DNA from: a virus | Taxonomy: Duplodnaviria > Caudoviricetes | Length of the DNA: 62,090 nucleotides | Virus record (IMG/VR): IMGVR_UViG_3300021138_000028 | Coordinates: 1-62,090 of that record | Strand: one strand, 5' to 3' | Shown: positions 57,445-62,090 of the stretch, in pieces | How the letters are laid out: each line of letters opens with the position of its first letter | Numbering within the stretch: position 1 is the stretch's first letter | Notes under the pieces: generated by a model | Database searches by the model: none | What the model saw: the letters and a program-made list of their open reading frames with translations, nothing else | What the model was told of the DNA's origin: nothing | Position numbers and translations under genes: made by a program

Positions 57445-57654
57445 TTAACCTATCCCTATCCCAATCTCCAATTCCCTTGTTTTATCGGCAAAATGCTTAC
57501 TGATTAAACCGGGTAAATCGTGCTTGTCGCACAAGTCGTCAAGTATCTCTCTAGCCGCTTCGAGTCCCATGACAAAACCTGCTTCTACGTCGGCAGGGTT
57601 AGAGCCTTTGGAAATTAGGGCTTTGAATTGTCTAAGGTAGGTGTAGAAGCTCAT
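57445..57654 (-). CDS. hypothetical protein
   Basis: ATGA overlap. Confidence 0.6.
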   Translation of the reverse strand: MSFYTYLRQFKALISKGSNPADVEAGFVMGLEAAREILDDLCDKHDLPGLISKHFADKTRELEIGIGIG

Positions 57655-57899
57655 TCTCCACCTTTCTTTTGACTCATCCTATACTCAGCACTCCCATCTA
57701 TTGGAAGCAATGGGTTTTGAATTGGGTTTACATGATTCCACCATTTGGTAGCCTTCTTTGGAGTTGGCTCTGAGCTAATTGAATAGCCGCATCCGTGGCA
57801 CGTATACCAATAACAAACTTTGCGGCCCTTGTTGGTAATCCCTTCCCACCATTGTAGTTTTGGTTCGCCGTTGCATTTTTGGCATCGGTTTACTTTCAT
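57651..57899 (-). CDS. Lar-like Zn-ribbon protein
   Basis: CQKC...CHGC...A.KWWN. Confidence 0.6.
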   Translation of the reverse strand: MKVNRCQKCNGEPKLQWWEGITNKGRKVCYWYTCHGCGYSISSEPTPKKATKWWNHVNPIQNPLLPIDGSAEYRMSQKKGGE

Positions 57900-58570
57900 T
57901 CCTGCACCTTCCCAGTTCCCTTGCAGTGAGGGCACGTCTGTTCTACTTTGCGGTAAAGGGGGCCACCGGCGGAGGTTGAATCAGCATTTTTCAAATATTC
58001 GATCTCTTCCGCGCTAAATTCAGACGTGCGTTTTGATGGACCATACTTTGCTACCGTCTTGCGGGCTGCAGCAATCAGTCCGTCAAAATCCAATCCCTCT
58101 TCTTCCGCACATAATCGTCCTTCTTCCCAGATTTGAACCATCAATTTGTCGATGTCCAAAGGACCATCGGCGACACGCACGTATATCCAACCTTCAAAGC
58201 TCGGTGCCGTCCTTGTATTGATTTGTTCTTGATCTACTGTATTGGTAATGGGTTTGAACCAGACTAAGCCATACAATTCGTATGCTTCGCCTATTGTTCC
58301 GCATAGAGGATAAACACCGTTAAGCGTTGCATCTATCCAAACTGGTTTCCAACTTGGATGAGGCATATCATCCATATCCGTCACAAGTTCGTAACCTTCT
58401 GGTGCTGGAATTGGTTTGGCGTAGGTATTGAAATCTGATCTTTTGCCGTCTGGACACACTGTTTTCCATTTGCCAATCCAGTTTTGGTATTTCCAATTGT
58501 CTTCTTTCTTCTCGTCAGGGTCCGTTACCAGCATATAGCCGTAAGGTGGTTTGATCGTCATTTCGCTCAT
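57896..58570 (-). CDS. hypothetical protein with a duplicated P.GY.LVTD module and a C-terminal CxxCxGxG
   Basis: PPYGYMLVTD / APEGYELVTD; CPHCKGTG. Confidence 0.65.
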   Translation of the reverse strand: MSEMTIKPPYGYMLVTDPDEKKEDNWKYQNWIGKWKTVCPDGKRSDFNTYAKPIPAPEGYELVTDMDDMPHPSWKPVWIDATLNGVYPLCGTIGEAYELYGLVWFKPITNTVDQEQINTRTAPSFEGWIYVRVADGPLDIDKLMVQIWEEGRLCAEEEGLDFDGLIAAARKTVAKYGPSKRTSEFSAEEIEYLKNADSTSAGGPLYRKVEQTCPHCKGTGKVQE

Positions 58571-58794
58571 TCGACCCTCCAAACTCTCGTTCCTTTGATT
58601 CCATCCTCAGTTGCGGTTCTAGTCGTGAACTTCATTGGTTTTGCTTGGCTCAAGAGTCCCGAGATAGTGGACGCCATACGGGGGATAAAGACTGAATCAC
58701 CGACCTCCATTTGTCTAAATGGATACTTCGATGTTCGTCCTCGTACATTTGGTTCTGGAACTGGAATTCCCTTGTCAATCTTGTATTCGCTCAT
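58567..58794 (-). CDS. small conserved phage protein (DUF7303-like)
   Basis: IDKGIPVP...KYPF..MEVGDS....RVWR. Confidence 0.8.
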   Translation of the reverse strand: MSEYKIDKGIPVPEPNVRGRTSKYPFRQMEVGDSVFIPRMASTISGLLSQAKPMKFTTRTATEDGIKGTRVWRVE

Positions 58795-59033
58795 TATTTC
58801 CTCCATCCCATCGGTCTAATGGGAAACGTATCTTCAATCTCTGCTTTACTATATCCCATATCATAGGCGTATGGGTGTTCTTTATTCAATTCGTCGCAAC
58901 GATCCATCGCTTGTTTCTCGTTGTAGTAGAACTCCATCGGGATAGCGGCCTGGAACCAGTACGGGTAGAACACGATGAATCGGTTGTGCGTCTCTGCCTT
59001 GACAGAGAACTTGTTTCGGTCAATGCTACTCAT
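58794..59033 (-). CDS. hypothetical protein
   Basis: ATGA / TAATG coupling. Confidence 0.55.
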   Translation of the reverse strand: MSSIDRNKFSVKAETHNRFIVFYPYWFQAAIPMEFYYNEKQAMDRCDELNKEHPYAYDMGYSKAEIEDTFPIRPMGWRK

Positions 59034-59251
59034 CGGGTCAGCCACACAAGATAGCAAGCTCCAAGGCAAGCGGCATAGAAGCAAATCCATCCAATAATGG
59101 GCACGATAGATGATCGAATTTTGACTTCCTTCTGGACTCGTTTGATCCCTTGATTGATCTCTACGGTATCGACATAACGGCCTTTGAATAAAGCGTCGGA
59201 ACACTTTGCCTTGTACTCGTCAATGATTTCTTGCTTGGTAATTTCATTCAT
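59030..59251 (-). CDS. hypothetical protein with a C-terminal TM
   Basis: GGAG SD. Confidence 0.6.
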   Translation of the reverse strand: MNEITKQEIIDEYKAKCSDALFKGRYVDTVEINQGIKRVQKEVKIRSSIVPIIGWICFYAACLGACYLVWLTR

Positions 59252-59459
59252 TGGTTATTTCTCCCTTGCGCTCCCGGCGTAAATCCCTAACTGCGAAACT
59301 AAGTGCAGCTTTCGCATGGTCATAGTTGAATCCAAGATCCTTGCGGATTTCTTTCTTCACTTCATCGGGTAGTTCCGATGCTTTGTTTGCTTTCAGTGCC
59401 ATCTTGCAATCCTGCCAGTCCTCGGCGCACTGGATCAGGTACTTCTCGGCCTTTGTCAA
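59244..59459 (-). CDS. hypothetical protein
   Basis: AGGAGG-TTG start. Confidence 0.65.
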   Translation of the reverse strand: MTKAEKYLIQCAEDWQDCKMALKANKASELPDEVKKEIRKDLGFNYDHAKAALSFAVRDLRRERKGEITNE

Positions 59460-59914
59460 TCGTTTCCTCCTTTGGATCTCATAGGTAAAGATAATCGTCT
59501 TGACCCATCCATATTTCGATCACCGACAATGATCTCCTTGGCTATCTTTCGGTAATCCTCCATCCTGGAAAACCAGCAACCTCGACCAGAACCCATTTTT
59601 CGGTTGAGAGTGTAGCCTCGACGTATTGAATTACAATAACTGCAATTACAATTGGAACGCGCGGGGTATCTTTCGGAAAACCAATTTTGAGTGAACTGTT
59701 CGGGAAGCATTACTCGGTGGGCAATTTGCCATGAAATGAACTTTTGGCTATATGGGTAACTGTAACGGCAATAAGCCTCGAATTCAAGTCGATTCACATA
59801 TCGCTTTGCCGCTTGAATATAAGCATCAATCTCGTTGTTGTAGCCTCTACCGTAGATGTAATACCGCTTTACGGTTTTGACCCTTACGACTGATTTATCA
59901 ATTCGTTTCCCCAT
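59456..59914 (-). CDS. hypothetical protein
   Basis: AGGAGG SD. Confidence 0.65.
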   Translation of the reverse strand: MGKRIDKSVVRVKTVKRYYIYGRGYNNEIDAYIQAAKRYVNRLEFEAYCRYSYPYSQKFISWQIAHRVMLPEQFTQNWFSERYPARSNCNCSYCNSIRRGYTLNRKMGSGRGCWFSRMEDYRKIAKEIIVGDRNMDGSRRLSLPMRSKGGND

Positions 59915-60623
59915 CGTTTCCTCCTTCGATCACTCGGGGAATGGTCTTGCATCGGATAGTGCAGCCATATTCGCCTAAGAACAGGGTAATGAACTTGGTC
60001 ATGTCCATTGCAATCCCTCTGTCGGTCTTTCTCTCGCTAGGTTTCATAAATCGCCACAAGGCTTTCCGTAAATCCTCTTCTGCGGCTAAGATTCCTGCGC
60101 GGCCTTCCACCAATTCCCATTGCCATTTTATGTTGGCAATCACATAACGCTTAACTGCTGGTCGGACTCGTTCAACCTGCTCCAATACTCGGGTCAATCC
60201 ATCCGCTAGAGGATCAGATGTCACAGTGATGTCCAGCAAGTCAATAAGTTCGGTGTAGGTGTAACGATTCAAGCAAGCCTGAATTTCTCGTTCAATGGTA
60301 CGTCTCTCTCGATCTACCTCGAACTTCCCGTCCACGAGGTTGAATTCCGATCTACGCTTATACCTGGCGTCTCTGAGTGCTGAAATGTCTGCATCAGCAA
60401 TCAGATTGTTCATCTCGTCCACACTCAGGAATAAGTTGCATCGCTTCCGTCGAATCCTTCGGATAAGTTTCACTTTCCGACGCTTCAACCTGTTAAGTAG
60501 GGCTCGGTGCGTGATTTCGAGAACTTGAGCCGCAATCGACGTGTGGATCATAGGTTTGCCTGAATCATAATCAGTCACCTCGACCACCTTGGTTCCGAAC
60601 CGAATAAGGTTAGGGTTCGTCAT
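59898..60623 (-). CDS. basic, putative DNA-binding protein (start MTNPNL)
   Basis: AAGGA SD; HTH-like TSIAAQVLEITHRALLNRL. Confidence 0.6.
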   Translation of the reverse strand: MTNPNLIRFGTKVVEVTDYDSGKPMIHTSIAAQVLEITHRALLNRLKRRKVKLIRRIRRKRCNLFLSVDEMNNLIADADISALRDARYKRRSEFNLVDGKFEVDRERRTIEREIQACLNRYTYTELIDLLDITVTSDPLADGLTRVLEQVERVRPAVKRYVIANIKWQWELVEGRAGILAAEEDLRKALWRFMKPSERKTDRGIAMDMTKFITLFLGEYGCTIRCKTIPRVIEGGNDGETN

Positions 60624-60642
60624 TGGGCATATTCCTTGTCGC

Positions 60643-60855
60643 TCATGCTGACCTACCCGGTAATTCACACCAGTAACTACCGAAGTGCCAATGGAAAGCC
60701 GTATCATCTCGATTGCCTGCGGTTTCTCCTTTCATAACTCTCCATGCAACCACTCCACCAAGGGCATCGTATCCAACTAGAATTTCCCTATCCATTGGGG
60801 CGTCCTGCATCCCGTCGTGGATGATGGTCATAAACATTTTGTTCATGATCCCCAC
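60643..60855 (-). CDS. hypothetical protein
   Basis: DAPMDREILV...HW....W.ELP pattern. Confidence 0.6.
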   Translation of the reverse strand: MGIMNKMFMTIIHDGMQDAPMDREILVGYDALGGVVAWRVMKGETAGNRDDTAFHWHFGSYWCELPGRSA

Positions 60856-61067
60856 TCCTGGGCTTCTCTAGCTTCTGCAATCCTCGTAGCTTCGCCCATT
60901 GTCTTGTAGCATCCAAGGCACAATGCCACACGGGTAATTGGGTTCCACGCATACATATCGTGTCGCATGATCCAGACTCCGCAACGACATTTACCGTCAC
61001 GGTTAGCGTTCGGCACAACACTGTAATCAAAATACGAACCGATGGAAAACCCTCGTCTGAATTTCAT
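60843..61067 (-). CDS. Zn-binding hypothetical protein
   Basis: CRCG...CLGC. Confidence 0.6.
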   Translation of the reverse strand: MKFRRGFSIGSYFDYSVVPNANRDGKCRCGVWIMRHDMYAWNPITRVALCLGCYKTMGEATRIAEAREAQEWGS

Positions 61068-61246
61068 CGTGCCTGATGCTCCATCTTGATCTCGGTCTGG
61101 ATTTCCTTGATAAGTTTAACGGATACGCTGACAAACTTCTGGACGGCAATTCGCTGCGCTAGGATTTCAGGCTTCATGTAGGCTAGGTCAACGTCCTGGG
61201 CTATCATCTGTCTGATTGCTTGTTCATGTACTGGATCGTGGTTCAT
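61064..61246 (-). CDS. hypothetical protein
   Basis: AAGGA SD. Confidence 0.6.
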   Translation of the reverse strand: MNHDPVHEQAIRQMIAQDVDLAYMKPEILAQRIAVQKFVSVSVKLIKEIQTEIKMEHQAR

Positions 61247-61254
61247 GGTTTTCC

Positions 61255-61710
61255 TTAGTCGATAGGTACGGGAATGCCGATGGTCTGATAAAGGGAGTCG
61301 ATTCGATACCCTTCTTTGACTTCATCAGCGAGATAGAGGTAGATAGGGCATCCTCTTGGATCACCTTGGACGTAGACTGCAAAGCCAATTTCGGCAGCAA
61401 TCTTTCGACACTCTTCGATCATTCGGTTAGCTCGTTCTTCGTTTCTTTTCTCTCCTTCTGGATCGGGAACTTCGATAGTTCGATACAACTTCTTTAAGCT
61501 AGGGGGAATGGTATATTCCTGGTCGATCGTCTTTCGGATACCATTGCACTCTCGTTCAAACGCAAAGCGAATAGACTTCGCCCGAACAACCAGTTCAATA
61601 CCAGCCTCGACCAAAGAGTAGTAACTAGCTTCAACCGTTTGCTTCTGATTCACTCGGTTAATGAACAAAGCGAACTGGCGCATCTGGTTTCGATTGAATG
61701 TTCGGCTCAT
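61255..61710 (-). CDS. conserved phage protein (E.ECNG...QGDPRG family)
   Basis: ERECNG, YVQGDPRGCPIY. Confidence 0.75.
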   Translation of the reverse strand: MSRTFNRNQMRQFALFINRVNQKQTVEASYYSLVEAGIELVVRAKSIRFAFERECNGIRKTIDQEYTIPPSLKKLYRTIEVPDPEGEKRNEERANRMIEECRKIAAEIGFAVYVQGDPRGCPIYLYLADEVKEGYRIDSLYQTIGIPVPID

Positions 61711-62090
61711 TCTTCGTCTCCTTTTTCGGATGCTGCCTGAGTCCCAAAAATAGCGGTGTCTCTCTTGGCGAACAGTTCAATGTAAAGACCATACTCTTCG
61801 ATTTGTGCCTCCGTGTAACCTTCTTTCTGCCCAATATCCTTGTATCGTTTCTGCCATGTGCTAATCCTATGACAATGGCATCCGATTTGGATATAACCAT
61901 GCTTGCAGTGAGTCAATGAATGGCGAGTGCCTAAAATGTGAAGTGGGGGTAATTCCCAAGCATTGCCACAGACCCGAGCATCGCCGTAGACCTGAGCATT
62001 GCCATAGACCCAAGCATCACCACAGACCCGAGCGTTGTCACGGACCTCAGCATTGTCACGGACCTCAGCATCGCCGTAGACCCAAGCATT
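61707..62090 (-). CDS. 3' part of the hexapeptide-repeat protein that starts at 477
   Basis: repeats run in frame into ...IQIGCHCH..W...GYT..QIEEY. Confidence 0.85.
   Translation of the reverse strand, partial: NAWVYGDAEVRDNAEVRDNARVCGDAWVYGNAQVYGDARVCGNAWELPPLHILGTRHSLTHCKHGYIQIGCHCHRISTWQKRYKDIGQKEGYTEAQIEEYGLYIELFAKRDTAIFGTQAASEKGDEE
62007..62090. repeat. terminal direct repeat / assembly overlap (copy 2)
   Basis: identical to 1-84. Confidence 0.85.

Noticed and set aside
1-62090. Diversity-generating retroelement or retron
   Set aside because: No reverse-transcriptase motifs and no adenine-specific TR/VR pair recognised
1-62090. Stop-codon reassignment
   Set aside because: Long ORFs are intact in the standard code and all three stops end genes; the TerL and portal breaks change frame
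1-62090. Integrase / lysogeny module or DNA polymerase
   Set aside because: No such motifs recognised in the ORF track; a very divergent member cannot be excluded

Overview
Apparently complete, circularly permuted ~62 kb genome of an uncharacterised tailed dsDNA phage with a podovirus-like late module. Bases 1-84 equal 62007-62090, and the break lies inside an 18-bp-repeat hexapeptide gene that reads in frame across the join. Layout: (i) leftward small early/accessory genes (1-7861) around a 1.2 kb non-coding, origin-like region; (ii) a divergence point at ~7.9-8.75 kb with repeats, two ORF-less promoter-terminator units (candidate sRNAs) and an abrupt composition switch; (iii) rightward lysis, packaging, head, tail and ejection genes (8773-39025); (iv) leftward accessory and recombination genes (MBL hydrolase, RecT, SMC-like ATPase, RNA-ligase-like, KTSC); (v) rightward DUF2303, nuclease and primase-helicase genes; (vi) leftward methylase, helicase and accessory genes. 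No integrase, DNA polymerase, CRISPR array or canonical tRNA was recognised. Best leads: two candidate sRNAs complementary to the translation-initiation regions of the phage's own early/middle genes while several late genes look leaderless; a packaging module with both terminase and portal split (the portal junction resembles a translational bypass) around a Zn-finger plus tandem-GroES gene; a TGGCTGGGG motif recurring in intergenic hairpins; and a strand-asymmetry gradient starting at ~8.4 kb. All family assignments come from motif recognition by eye, not from database searches.
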